From Guillardia theta CCMP2712 (taxonomy: Eukaryota; Protista; Cryptophyta): DNA of 64,000 bases. Positions 12,277-24,739 of the stretch are shown here, in pieces. The DNA lies in assembly GCF_000315625.1 (NCBI RefSeq), contig NW_005434594.1, positions 242,482-306,481 on the forward strand. Direction: 5' to 3'. Below the pieces are notes generated by a model. That model saw only the letters and a program-made list of their open reading frames with translations, searched no databases and was not told the origin of the DNA. The position numbers and the translations under genes were made by a program. Position 1 is the first letter of the stretch, and every line of letters starts with the position of its first letter.

Positions 12277-14022
12277 TCAACACAGTCGACTTGAGATTTC
12301 ATTCTGCATCCCGGGCTGCTGCTTCTGCTCCAATCCGAACCATGACCCGTCAGTCCAAAAGGCATCGAACAAGTCCTCCAAAGCTCTCTCGAGCTGCGTG
12401 ATCTGACGAGTAGTCACTTCAACCGCACAGCGTTATCATACATAGAAGCAGCGCTCTAGGAGACAAGACTTGAAGCATCGCACCTCCAGCAGAAACCATC
12501 TGCATTCGTTCCGAAAAGCTGCCGCCGAGCTCTGTCGGGAACGGACATCTTGTCGGTCTAGACCGCCAACTGCGTCCATAGACTGAAGATCTGCTTGCAA
12601 GGTTGTCAGGCCCTCCATGGCCGGTCTGGCGAAGGCAAAGTCCGAACAATCATCTAGCACCTGACCAGAGCAATGGATGATGGTGGGTGTGAGAAATGCT
12701 TGAGGGAAGGAAGGGCAGTCTTACTTTGCTTTTTCTTGAGAGAACTTTGTTGCAGAATGAGCTGAACAAGGTCTTCACGGTGCTGAGGACCTGAAGTAGA
12801 GTCAACTTAGCCGGACAGCAAACAAATGCTGAACTTTGCCCACTTGCTCTCTATGTCTGTTCCTTGTTACTTCACGCACGAGCTTTCTCTCTAGCAGCTC
12901 ATTGTTTTCTGCATTGAACGAGCGTAAGGAAAACAAACATTCAAGGTCCACTAGCCCCACGTTGAGCTTTCAGTGCGAGCATTTTCAAGTTCATGATTTC
13001 GTGTTGCTGGTCCTGGAAGTTTAGGAAATCAAAATTTCAAAAGGCACAATTCGAAATGTACGCTGAATGTAGGACTTTGTTTTGATCTGATTTGAGCATC
13101 TCCCTCAACATGCGCATTCTCCATCTCCTCCATGGCCTGGATTGTCAAACACACATCTCAGAGCAATTTCGTTCAAGTCAGTCGTTCCCTTGACAGGGCT
13201 GGTAACCTTAAGACCTGTGCGCAAGTCGACCGCCTCCAAAGTCAACCTTTCTATCTGAGCCAGTGCTTCGCGCAGCTGCACGTCAGACTCGTTACCCTTC
13301 TGTCAGAAGAACACGTCTCAGTATCAGCTGAAGTCTAACACAGTTGGAGTCAAGAGCTTCTAGTCTGCCATCACCTTTTCAGCTTTGGCAAGGCGCTCCA
13401 ACGCCTCCAACTCTCTCTTTCTCCCCTATTGATGGCATCAAAATACACGGCTCGTAAACAGGAGAACATGTTCTAACTCTTGCAATCAGTTCATCAAAGT
13501 CATCGTGTTGTGCACGGAGCTGTTTAGCCTCTAATCGAAGCTCCGCTTCCCGTTTCATCATCGCTCCCATCGCCTGATCAAATGATGCATCATCTATTCT
13601 CCATTACAAACTCTGCTCACTCGGCATACCGTCTCACACGTTCTTGCTCTGTTGGTAAGTTGCTTGATCTGCTTTTCCAGCACCTCACACTTCTTCTCTA
13701 GCTCATTGTAGCTTTGGGACTTTGCGTTGAGCAACATCGTAACGTTGTTTACGGCATTTTCCGCCTGTTGTAGCCGATACCTGCACTCAGACGCCTCCTG
13801 CCTGGAACTGCGCAACCTTGCACAAGAAGAATCATGAATCGAACATGCTCTGCGCAAAACAACATACTGCATTCTGAGGGTAGAGAAGGTAGTGCTGACG
13901 GCTTCTCTCTTGCTGCCATCTAGGTCTTCACCGGCTGAAGAAAGGCTTCTGTCGAACCCTCCCATGCACATCTCATACACCACGGTCCTGCTCGCCGACA
14001 ACTTCTTACTGCCCGCCGCCAT
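12277..14022 (-). CDS. Multi-exon coiled-coil hypothetical protein
   Basis: Exons encode heptad-rich helices (YRLQQAENAVNNVTMLLNAKSQSYNELEKKCEVLEKQIKQL; REAELRLEAKQLRAQ; ITQLERALEDLF), separated by ~50-nt GT-AG introns. Confidence 0.55.
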
Positions 14023-14576
14023 CGCTCCCTTGTTGCTCTGTCGACCTCTGGCTCTCTCTCTCTCCTTGTTCCACACTGTGAGCTCTCACAAGCTTGAAAT
14101 CTTTTTTTTGTTTTATTGCCTCTCACACTGGCGCCACGGTGCCATGATCGTCGGCCCAGGCTCGTAGTCACTGAGAGCGGCTGAGAGCCTCAGCGGGACG
14201 GCGGCCGGGCCACGGGCCGGCAACTTAGCCTGAGGCCTCGAAGCATGGCTCATGATGGGCCTGGAGGTCGGATCAGCTGAGGGAGGTTGGCCCGATTCAC
14301 AGTATGGTGACTGCGAAGGACTCCCTGACAGTGAGGCTATTCAACCATGCTGAGTGACAAAGTCATCACTATCATGGCCGAGGCAAGTGATGAGTGATCA
14401 CTGAAGAGTCGCAAAGGCCCGATTTGCTTTCATGGATTTACTCAAGTCAAACTTGGCACTGCTACAATCGACCGTACAAGGCTAGCGAGCACGAGCCTAC
14501 TGGCAAGGGAAAACTCGCATGCTGAAAGCATCTTAACACTCACCACAACCGTGAGTCAAACTTCACAATATTTGAG

Positions 14577-16625
14577 TCAAACGGCATCAAGACGCCTCTG
14601 GATCAGCTCACTGACCACGAGTGAGACATCGCCGCCATGATGCTTCAGAAGCTGAGCGAGCTCTTCAACAGACTCGGACGAACCAAAGCCCATGTCTAGC
14701 AGCGTCAGAAGCTCATCCTGCATCTCCTGAGAGCCCTGCGCTACGTTGCCACGACACACAGACTCATTCTCGTTTTGCAAGACCTCACCCATGACAACGC
14801 CTGGCTCTTCTTGCTGGTCCTGCCGCACATCGTCGAGCCTGTTTAATTCTGCTTGCTTGTAATTTTGATCACCTGCTGGTTCGGGTTTTGGTTCCTGGCT
14901 GTGAGAGGATTGGGCCGAGCACACTTGGAAGAAGTTGCAAATCGATGACATTGCAGCATCTGGGTTCGCGTGTAATAGTTGCAAACTCTGTCGAATTGCC
15001 TCAAGCTTTCCTTGGTTGTTCATCTCTTGGTCTAGATCCAAGTCTATCTCGATAGTGCAAGCCTTGGGCGCCGATGTTGTGCTGTAGCATTTGCCTGCTT
15101 GCTGAAACAGTTGGCGAAGCTTAGACAGTTTGTCTTCCTTCTCTTCTGGTCTGACTTGAAGGACACCCTTTGGATCGCGGATGTGTCCGGAGGCTTCATT
15201 TACAACGACCCAGGCAACGTCTTCCATCTCGAGCTTTCCGTTAACGTACTCCGTGACATGAGCGCCGTCTCTGGTCAGCTCAAACAAAATGTGATCACCA
15301 TCAGTGTCCACTATGTGTACCTGCTGTCTGTCAATATGTGGGGAGCTGCCTGCTGAACCAGCTTGTGATTCGCCCTGTCCCTCGTTTTGTGCAGAGCAAA
15401 ATCTGTCTGCAGGCGCTGCTCGATCATACCTGGAAGCGACACTGCTTCCGTTACAAGCATGAGACTTCAACGCATGCACAAGCGCAGCTCTGGTAGTCTC
15501 ATCGTAAGTACCACTTTCGTGCCTGATCCCGTGATCAGCTTGAAACCGCTTGACCGCGAGTACAACACGATGACCGTAGTAGTCACCTATACAGTAGTCC
15601 CTTCGTCCACATTCCATGTAACCCAAAGAGACCAGGATGAGTCTCAATGCCCTCACGGCAGGGCTACGAGAACCGAAACTTAGGACCTCCTGCGGTGGCG
15701 GAGGCAGGGAACATGCCAAAATGCTGTTCATCATAGAATCAGCATGGCAACTATGTCTTGATCTGTGTCGCATCCTCCTCCTCATTCCATGAATGCCATG
15801 AGCAGCCCCGCACGATGCAGCACAACTTGGCTCTTGCACTCCATGCTCAATGCGATCTTCTACATCTGTGAGTTGAAGGGCCTCGATGAAGTGATTCAAT
15901 GCTCTTTGTACATGACCATCCTTGAGACGAGCTCGCGCAACACTCTCACCAGCGTCCATGAAAGAGAGCAATGCACTCCTTTGCTCAAGATCGAGGCTCT
16001 CTTCCAACAAGGACAGCAGTAGACTCAAATCACGATCCTCCGTGGAATGCTCAGCATCCTGACGAAATTCTTTCCCACAGCCTTTCGATGGTTCACCAGA
16101 TGATTCAGAAGAGTCGCTCGACACGCCCTTGTCAGATTCTGTGTCTGCTTGCTTTCGCATTCGCTCATTCAGAACCTGCTCAACGATTTTCCTTATCTTC
16201 TGCTCCTTGTCCAGCTTCTTCCTTTTGGTCTTATGAGCCTTTTCTTCCCGCTTTTTCTTGTACTCCACCTTAAGATGAGAAACTTCGTGATCAAAACTCC
16301 GGTCCGCTTGTTCCTCTTCTGGCGATGTCCTAAAGAAGCTCCGATGAACCCCGTCCTCACACTCTGTGAGTATCAGACTCAGAGAAGACTTCTTTGATAG
16401 GCTACGAATGATGTCGTCGAGATCTTCCTGGAATTCGATCTTCACAAGATCTTCTTCCTCGTCTTGGTACTGCAAGACGTAGCAGCTTTCAGGAGTCACA
16501 TTGACGACACCACGAAGTACGTCTCTGATGTGCCTGATATTGTTTGACTTCAAATAGAAGCGTAAAGTTGCATCTGGGCAGACGATCTTGTAGCGAGTAC
16601 GAACAACTTCAGACATCTGGAACAT
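14577..16625 (-). CDS. PB1 + peptidoglycan-binding (PGBD-like) + UBA domain protein, p62/NBR1-like architecture
   Basis: N-terminal PB1 with basic K (RYKI) and acidic OPCA motif YQDEEEDLVKI. PG_binding_1-like LSFGSRSPAVRALRLILVSLGY...YGHRVVLAVKRFQADHGI..SGTYDETTRAAL. C-terminal UBA ELLTLLDMGF...LLKHHGGDVSLVVSELI. Intronless 682-aa ORF. Confidence 0.8.
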   Translation of the reverse strand: MFQMSEVVRTRYKIVCPDATLRFYLKSNNIRHIRDVLRGVVNVTPESCYVLQYQDEEEDLVKIEFQEDLDDIIRSLSKKSSLSLILTECEDGVHRSFFRTSPEEEQADRSFDHEVSHLKVEYKKKREEKAHKTKRKKLDKEQKIRKIVEQVLNERMRKQADTESDKGVSSDSSESSGEPSKGCGKEFRQDAEHSTEDRDLSLLLSLLEESLDLEQRSALLSFMDAGESVARARLKDGHVQRALNHFIEALQLTDVEDRIEHGVQEPSCAASCGAAHGIHGMRRRMRHRSRHSCHADSMMNSILACSLPPPPQEVLSFGSRSPAVRALRLILVSLGYMECGRRDYCIGDYYGHRVVLAVKRFQADHGIRHESGTYDETTRAALVHALKSHACNGSSVASRYDRAAPADRFCSAQNEGQGESQAGSAGSSPHIDRQQVHIVDTDGDHILFELTRDGAHVTEYVNGKLEMEDVAWVVVNEASGHIRDPKGVLQVRPEEKEDKLSKLRQLFQQAGKCYSTTSAPKACTIEIDLDLDQEMNNQGKLEAIRQSLQLLHANPDAAMSSICNFFQVCSAQSSHSQEPKPEPAGDQNYKQAELNRLDDVRQDQQEEPGVVMGEVLQNENESVCRGNVAQGSQEMQDELLTLLDMGFGSSESVEELAQLLKHHGGDVSLVVSELIQRRLDAV

Positions 16626-17681
16626 ATGTCAGTCCACAGTACAAACAACTGTCCCAAGGCTCCCCCATCCCTTCATCGCCATGCCCCCGCCATGCATCGA
16701 CAATCTGCTCGATAGTTCGGCGATCGGGGTTCCAGCATCTCAATATCCTCGTCTCTCCATCCTCATCATTCTTCTTCTAATTATCATTTTCCACTCATGC
16801 TCCTCTCTCTTCTGTTCTCCTTCTCTGCACCGTCCTCTTTTTGTGACCCCACTCCCCCAACTTTTCACCTCTTTACGCCGCTCTTCCCTACTAGCTCTTC
16901 GCGCATCCTCTTATCTCCTCCTCCTCTACTCCAGCATGTTCTTATCCCTGGTCTATGCCTCCTGGTCCTCTCCCCTCCCCTCCCCTCCTCTCCTCTCCTC
17001 TCCTCTCCTCTCTTCTCTGCAACTATATTCTCTCAAGTTTGTTCTCCAGCGACACCCTGTGCTCCCTCTCCCACCCCACCCTCAAACAAATATTACTTTT
17101 CATACCCCCTACCCTTCTCTATTCCTGAGTACCGCTTCCCACCATTATTAAGTACCCTTACTTTTAACTTCATAAATCACCCCCTGTGTTCACATTACCC
17201 ACCCTTTTTCAGGAGTACCCCACATTTCTCACCAAAACATCGCAGGACGAGCTTGCCCTTGCCTTTACCCTGCCAGGCCAAAATAACCCCCCACGCACCC
17301 ACGTCCCTCCTCACCCTGTCTCTCATAGGATTTGTAGGTAGGTCATATCCTCTACTAGGACCAAAAAACTTAGGAAGACCACCCAGTACCCTCTATATTG
17401 TCGACTTGCATCCGCCGGGCCCCGGCTTAGGGCCTGGCCCGGTGGTACCGGAAACTGAGCCAGCACGAGCCAGAATCGTGATAGAGAATGAGGGTGATGA
17501 TTGGATGCGGCCGAAGGTTTTTCTTGGAATGCCCAGAGATTTCGGGAGGTGGAGGAGGAAGCGGCGGGAGGAGGACCATTGTATGGAGTGTAAGGAGACA
17601 GAGAAGTGATGATATAGAGATAACAAGGAGTCAAGTGTCTGAATCTGAGTGAGTTCGAAGAAGAAATCGACACTACATCAA

Positions 17682-18652
17682 ATGAAAACATGCACTATCT
17701 GCTCGGGGGGTAATTTTTTATGTTTGGTTTCATGGATCGCAGCCTCCAATATCTGTTCTTCAGAACGCCTGGGTTTTAAAACTTCACTAGTTAGTGAAAA
17801 CAGAGATGGCAGCCAATCCAAACTTCTGCATTTGAGAGGAGGCAGCGCTAGTGATGAAGAAAATCGCAAAGAACGGCTAATGGAAGAAATTTCCAAGCTC
17901 GATCCTGTGACATTGCGGCAACTTTACAAATTTGCATGCAGTGAAAATTCTTGGGACATCACTACTGAAGATGAAGCCAACAATGTAATACTTCTTGGAA
18001 CTTATTTGTTTTCGGAAACCTACTCAAGTGACTTGCTACAAAACAGCTGGATCCTAGGGAGCTAATGGAACTTGAGGAGGCTTGGGATGGCGAATGTCAA
18101 GACGGAATCCGCATCAAATCGTTGCCTGTGTCTTTCAATGCTTCTTGTCCTGTTAAATGTGGAGACATCATTGTATCGGTCGATGGGGTAGATTGCACCA
18201 AGTATGTATTCTTGTGTTTACAATGTCAGGTAACATAATCTCAGGTTGTCACTTCCTGAAGTAATCCTCGTCATTGCGAACAAGAACCCTTACTCCTCGA
18301 ATTGCACCCTCGTTTTGAAGCGTTTGCAACCTCCGGTGAAGCTTTCTCGCTGCAGGGAGTCACATGTTGATCTCATGCGACTCAGTTGAACCGAAGTTAC
18401 GAGTTCCACACGGTAGAGATGAGGAAAGCTTGGGTCGATGAGGATGAAATCAAGGCATTTTCACCTTCTGATACATATTTCTGTAGTGTAACAGACACAT
18501 AATGTTTGACAGAGAGCGACGATGGATCTGATAGAAGAGGAAGCCACGGAATTCTTGAGCACATGGTCAAATTTCTCGAAACGAACAAACAAGATTTCAC
18601 CTGTACCAAGAAGAAAGAGAACGACTGGTATTTTATCATGTTTGTCCTATGA
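17682..18652 (+). CDS. Signal-like leader with LHLRGG motif plus PDZ-domain protein (multi-exon)
   Basis: Intron 17985..18046, then GIRIKSLP...VKCGDIIVSVDGVDCTK|LSLPEVILVI...CTLVLKR (PDZ). Leader is FLCLVSWIAASNIC...LHLRGG. Confidence 0.65.
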
Positions 18653-19259
18653 GTTTTTGTGTTGTTGATGTACTCACTGCTACTTCTTTTAGACAAGTGA
18701 TCTGGATATTATTACCGTTCAAAACTGGGAATGGGTCGGACCATTTCGGTGGCAAGATGTATGATCATTGAGTCATTGACAGTGTACCATACCATGACAC
18801 TAGCAACCATCCTCGCCTCTCCTGATTGTCCGATCCTCGTACTGATTTTTAACAACCATCAATCTAACTTCCACGATTGCCACGCCGGCCGTCACGAACT
18901 AAGTTTCAAGCCTTTGAAGGGCCCGGCGACCGTGGCCTCCGACTCGGACCGTACCGGTTCACACGGCGGCTGTGCCAGGCCGGATCATGACCGATCCGAT
19001 TATACTTTCAGTGACACTGAAAACTGCCCCCGTATTCATTGAAGCCGCACAGTGACACTGAAAACTTCAATGAATACGGTACCCGGCGGCTGTCTGATCA
19101 TCCGGCCCGGCGACCGGGCGTATCATACTGATAGTATTCCGGCGTTACTGAGGGCCCGGCCCCGCGGACTCAGAGGCACTGTGGATATGAGGGGGATGAG
19201 TGATGATATTTTTCTTGTGACTGGCGAGAAGAGCGACGGGACCTACTGCATAGCAGGCA

Positions 19260-20460
19260 TGACCCCTACCCCCCAAAAAGCTCATAACCCCCACACGCAC
19301 TGTTCCCAACCCCACTTTCTGGCCTTCCCCAGCGCGACTACCCCATCAAATGTACGATGAAGCTGGGGGTGGAGAGTCCGCTGGAGCGAACCTCTGGGCA
19401 AACCCCACCCCACCCGCTCATACTAGGGATACCGTAATGCCCACTTGGTGACCGTGGACATTGCGCGCGCTGCCGGGGCGGCAACGAGGAGTATACCCCC
19501 ACCCTGATCTAATGCTGCTACTACCCCATGGTATACCTCTGGGGTCAGGCCTAAACGGATCTTTCGGCGAGGGGGGCGCATAACGGTCATCGGGTCATGG
19601 GTGGGGGAAAGGTAGGTGGGGGTGGAAAAAAATGTCCACATCACCGGTCCATTTATCATGAAACTCCTCTCATGATATAGGGTAGGTACAACTATGCCCG
19701 TAGGTAATCAGAGCATCCCTACCGCCCTCACGGTTCTCAAGCTCTTATCAACATCGACCACCCCCCTACGAGCTGTCCAATAGTAAAGGATCAGAGAGGG
19801 GAGGGGTCTGCCGTAGAGGGAATATGGGGGGGTCTCTCAAGAAGGTTGGTGGGGTTGGTTGTGCGATTTTTGTAACCGTGCGGAGGGGTTGCTTGAGACT
19901 AGTAGGATCATCAGTGATGTGTTTTGGGGGGTAGGGTAATCCTGAACGTAACCCCCCCTACCCAACCCCCCTGTTTATAAGCAAGTTTCTACCGGTAAAA
20001 TTATGATGAGGGTCACGAGATGGACCCAGGGGTACTATTATGGATAAGGAAGGGTTAAAATGATATAGAAATGGGGGTAGGGGTCAAGGTGATGAACAAC
20101 AAATGGGGTGGGTAGTATCATCTTACACAGGATAGCATGAGGGTACTAGCCCTTGAGCGAAAGTAAAAAGGTGAGGTAGGGGTACTGGAAGTCACTGGAG
20201 CTGGGTCCTACGAGGACATAGATGAAAGTTTGAGGAGACAAGGGCAGAGGAGGGGTAGGTGTTGGAACGTTGTAGGGGTACATAGTACTGGGTAATGGAG
20301 GGGAAACAGAGGGTTACCAGAAAAGGAAGGGGTGGTATTGAAGAGTAGGGGGGGCATATGCAAGGCAGTGTAAAGGGTGTGTGGTGAGATCCTCCAGGGG
20401 GTAGGGGGGTAGGGGTGAGTTGCTAGGGGTAGGGGTTATGGGGAGAAGGGGGGTGTGGGA
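19260..20460. repeat. GGGGTA/TACCCC-rich low-complexity tract with G4 potential
   Basis: Many GGGGT(A) words, e.g. GGGGTAGGGGGGTAGGGGT at ~20397. Confidence 0.6.
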
Positions 20461-21075
20461 GAGGACGTCCAGCGGAAGCTTCCGTCGGCCGCCACGCGGA
20501 TCGTGAAGATGCAGAGGAGGAAGGATGCTAGATAGGGTGTGAGTAGATCAGATGGAGCGCAGTGCGAGATGGCAGAAGCAGGGCAAATGAGGGAAGCGAG
20601 TAGAGAGGTTCACTGGAAGAAATCTGAACATAAGATATGAAATGTGGAGCGAGTGAGGAAAAAATAGGTTTGAGGGAGACTGCGAGGTCAGGACATCAGC
20701 TGAAAGATTTCGAGATGGTGATTGGTGCAGTAGATGGCAAACGCAAAAGAGCAATATATGTCCTCAAGGAGGACAACTCTGTGATTCTTATTCTTAATGC
20801 ATTTGTGAGTTGTTAGTTTAGTTTTCGCCTCATGAAAGTGAACTGGCAAATCTCGTCCACGTGAAGCTGTGTATTCTCTAACTGATGCTACACGAATCTC
20901 ACTAACTACCTCACTATCAAGAAAATGATATTGTTCTAGAACAGATGTCACGATGCAATAGTTTCCAGTGAATCATCTGTTCTTGATATGACACATCTTA
21001 CTTGATTCACCTGATCTCTCCTTTGAGGCATGATTTACTGAACTGGCTTTTGCTTTGGCAGCGCACGTTATAGAC

Positions 21076-21834
21076 ATGGCGGAACTTTACAGCACCAACC
21101 CTGGCATCTACGGATCCTTCCCCGGCACCTACTACGGTTCTGAGCAGCGTGGTACCGATGTCATCGACAGATACGTTGTCCCCGAGACCACCACTGTCCC
21201 CTACCAGCAGCTCGTCTACCAGACCCAGACTGTCCAGGAGCCCCGTACCTACATGGAGTCTGTCCAGAAGACCGTCCAGGTCCCCAAGACTGTGATGGAG
21301 GACCACGACGTTGTCTACAAGACCCCCAAGATCGAGATGGAGACCCGCACCATCCAGGTCCCCAAGAGCGTCATGGAGGACAAGGAGATCCAGGTCCAGG
21401 TCCCCAAGCGCATCCAGGTCCCCCAGACCAAGATGGTTCCTCGCACCGTTTTGGTCCCCGTCACCGTCATGGTCGACCAGATCATCCAGGAGACCGAAAC
21501 CCGCACTATCCAGGTCCCCAAGACCGTGATGGAGGACCGTGAGATCGAGGTCCCCCGCCAGGTCTACGAGACTGTCACCCGCACTGTCCAGCGCCCCAAG
21601 ACCATCATGGAGGAGAAGGTGATCACTGTGCAGGAGCCAAGAATTGTCCAGGTTCCCAAGCAGATCCCTGTCACCCAGACTGTCCTTTCTCAGCGCTACG
21701 TGACCGCTGGCGTCACCCAGACTGTCCCTTCTATCACTTCTGCGCCTCTCATGAGCACCGCATACGCACCGGGCGGATATTATGCTAGCATGCCATCCGG
21801 CAACGCTCCATCTCAGAACGAGGGACAGGTTTGA
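21076..21834 (+). CDS. Articulin/epiplastin-like membrane-skeleton protein with VP repeats
   Basis: Tandem (T)IQVPK(T/S)VMED(K/R)EI-type repeats with alternating V/I and charged residues. Y/G-rich termini. Strong C-ending codon bias. 5'UTR acceptor TTTGGCAG just upstream. Confidence 0.8.
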   Translation: MAELYSTNPGIYGSFPGTYYGSEQRGTDVIDRYVVPETTTVPYQQLVYQTQTVQEPRTYMESVQKTVQVPKTVMEDHDVVYKTPKIEMETRTIQVPKSVMEDKEIQVQVPKRIQVPQTKMVPRTVLVPVTVMVDQIIQETETRTIQVPKTVMEDREIEVPRQVYETVTRTVQRPKTIMEEKVITVQEPRIVQVPKQIPVTQTVLSQRYVTAGVTQTVPSITSAPLMSTAYAPGGYYASMPSGNAPSQNEGQV

Positions 21835-22039
21835 AGATACCATTGCCTTTTGTCTAGCTAGATCTCTTTCTATGTAGTGTCATTAAAGTGAAAACAAACA
21901 ATTTGCTCTTTGTTCGTTCTGCACAATAATCCATGTAAACACGATTTCAACGTATGAGAAGGATACATTTGATTGCCTTTATACACAACAGATATACAAA
22001 TGCTACACTTCAAAAGAATAATCCACAAAGAACATGATG

Positions 22040-24739
22040 CTAATCGAAGTGAAAGCTTCGACGTTTGGCCGGGAACTCCTTTCGACCTGCTCCAAGTGAG
22101 AGACGTTTAGAGCAACGATGAAGCGCACCGATGAAACAGTGAGGGCAAACAGTGATGTCGCTGCAGATGCTGCATGCCTGATCTGGTTGCACGCATTGGC
22201 CCCCAGGTTGAAAGTCAAGTGAGCCTGAGGAAGGGATGAGGAAATGAAGGCCCTGGTCCTTTAGCTTACCGCTGATGATGTCTTTCTCGCAGCACGGATG
22301 GTCGCTGCCTTCCTCGTCCGCTTCAAACACGTAACCATCATCGCACTGGATTTTCACGCAGCCGCCCTCAGAAACATTCCCTGCTTGTGCAGTCAGGGCA
22401 AGAGCATCTCAACTACTCCTTGACCCACCTGCGGGTTTGACTGAGCCATGCTCGGGAGGAGCGAAGACTCCGCAGATTGGGAGCGGCTGGCAGACAGCTG
22501 ATGGGTAGTTGTACGTGCTACCTATACACGTTGCAACGGAGGAGCTCTCGGGACTCAGCCTGTACGTCTGGTCAGAGCAACTACCCCGAGGCAGAAGAAC
22601 GGACCTGTAACCATCGTCGCACTCGATATTCACCTGATCCCCCACGTGCATGATCTTCTGCGGAGAAGCTCGACCATGAGCTGGAGTCGGGTACGGAGGG
22701 CACTCTTCGATCTTGACGCATTCGGCCTCTGGCTGGTCGTACTGCCCATCTGGCTCGCAGATCGCCTTACCGCTATAACCAGGCCCCAGCTTGTACCCAG
22801 GGTCGCAGACAATGTCGACTTGATCCCCAACCTTGGATCGAGAACCTTCAGGGCTGACGTGCCCGTGGTCAGGAACAGGGTACGGGGGACAAGAGGGAAT
22901 CTTCTGACAGGTAACACTGGAGGGATTGTACTGGTTCCCAGCCTCGCAAACTACTTCCCCATCCACGCCATCCGGTAGCTGATAGCCGTCATCGCACTTT
23001 ATCGTCACCTTCTCGTCTTTCCGCATCCTCCGTTGAGGCGTCGCCTTTCCATGGACGACGTTGACAAAAGGATCGCAATAGGCCGAGCACACAACTGCAG
23101 GATGATAATTCTTGTCTTGTCCACATTCCACAGTGAACTCTTTCCCCAAACTTCGATCAGCCGAGCTCGAACCTGTTGCCCCTTTGCTCTCCTCTGGAAC
23201 AGCAAAGGCTTCATAACCGTTATCACATTCCCCTTCAACGGTCTCTCCCACTCGCTTCTCTCCAGCTGGTTTGCCCGACGAGTGAGCAGGAAAACTGTAA
23301 GGAGGACAAACGATCGGAACACAAGTGGTCCCAGTGCTCAAGTAATGTCCATCCTTCCCACAAACGACATCCTTAGAGTTGACGTCTTGCACTTCATACC
23401 CCTCATCGCACACGATCGAAACCTTGTCTCCTGCTTCCGTCTCACCAGAAGGCACCACCTTCCCATGCTCTACAGGGGGGAAAGGAGGGCAAACGACTGG
23501 GGAGCAGCGAGCACTTCCATCAAACTTCCCATCCTTGGAGCATCGAATGACTTCATCTCCTTCCAAGTAGTATCCATCATCACAAGCGACCTTGACGACA
23601 TCTGGGTACTGGATGGCTGTCGTCGGGCTGACAGTGCCGTGAAGGGGAGCGGGATACTTGCCACACGACACCGGAACGCAGATGCCTTGCTCAGTGAAGC
23701 TGCCATCTTCCTTACATTTCGGCTTAGCATCACCTTTGACTTCGTATCCTTCATCGCAAACAATGACGACACCGTAGCCAGCTCGCACTCGATGTACGTT
23801 GTAAGAGTCTCGAGACCCAGGAGGTATCAACACTCGACCATGCTCGGGATCTGCGAAGGGCTCGCAAGAGGGCTTCGGCTTAGGAGGAGACAGGACTGCT
23901 TGAAAGCAATATCTCTTCTCTGCATTCGTGTAGAAGTGATTCATGCAGTAACGCCAGGCATACGCCCTTTCCTTCTGAGGTGTGTCCAGAGGACAGAAGG
24001 AGATAGAGCACGACGACGACCACTGGATGTACGGCCGGGTCACTGGCATAATGTCGCCTCGTCGCAGCAAGCCTCCTGCCTTCACCAGGTGCTCACTCGT
24101 CGATGACTCATCCCCATCCTCAGGACTTGGCCACTTGAAGTCAGCGCTAGCAACATTCGGCCATTCCAAGCTGTAGGCATGCTTGTCCTCAAGTTTCTTC
24201 ATGTTGTCCCAGAAGTTGGCTCTGCTCGTCTGTACCTGGTAGCGCTTGATTTCCGGAAAGTCCCATAACGAAGTCGATCTCTTTCCTGGAACTAAATTGA
24301 GCTCCTTCAGCTCATCTAGAGCAGCCTTGCCCTGCGCTTCCTGCATTGCCAATCCGCTTCCCGCAGGCCCTGAGGGCACATCGTTTACACCCCTCAAGGC
24401 GTGGAGCGAGTCAACAGCCTTGACAGCTCTGTGATGCAGAGGAGACGATGCTGGAACGAGTGCTGACATGTTCTCCACACCGTCTGACTTAATCAATAGC
24501 ACGGCGGCTATCAAGAATACCATCAGGATCACTAGCGAACCGAGTCTGGACAATGCTCGATGGCTCTGACGACGACTGGCATTCATCACAAGCAAGTCGT
24601 ACACTCCATGATATCCACCGCGTGTTTGATAGACAACGAAAGCTCCTTCGGACGTCCTTGGACCATCCTCCGGAGCGTTTGCTGTATGGCCTGTGTCCGC
24701 GTACCTTGACACCTCTGCCCTGCCGGGCTGAGGCATCAT
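22040..24739 (-). CDS. Type II membrane protein with about 8 Sushi/CCP modules
   Basis: TM segment LGSLVILMVFLIAAVLLI. Repeats C-P-P-Y-P-x-P-x-H-G...V-x-I-x-C-D-x-G-Y...C-x-x-D-G-x-[FY]...C. Short 3' introns. Confidence 0.85.

Noticed and set aside
19560-20460. Telomere or interstitial telomeric array
   Set aside because: GGGGTA words are dispersed, not tandem perfect repeats, and recur at many internal sites.
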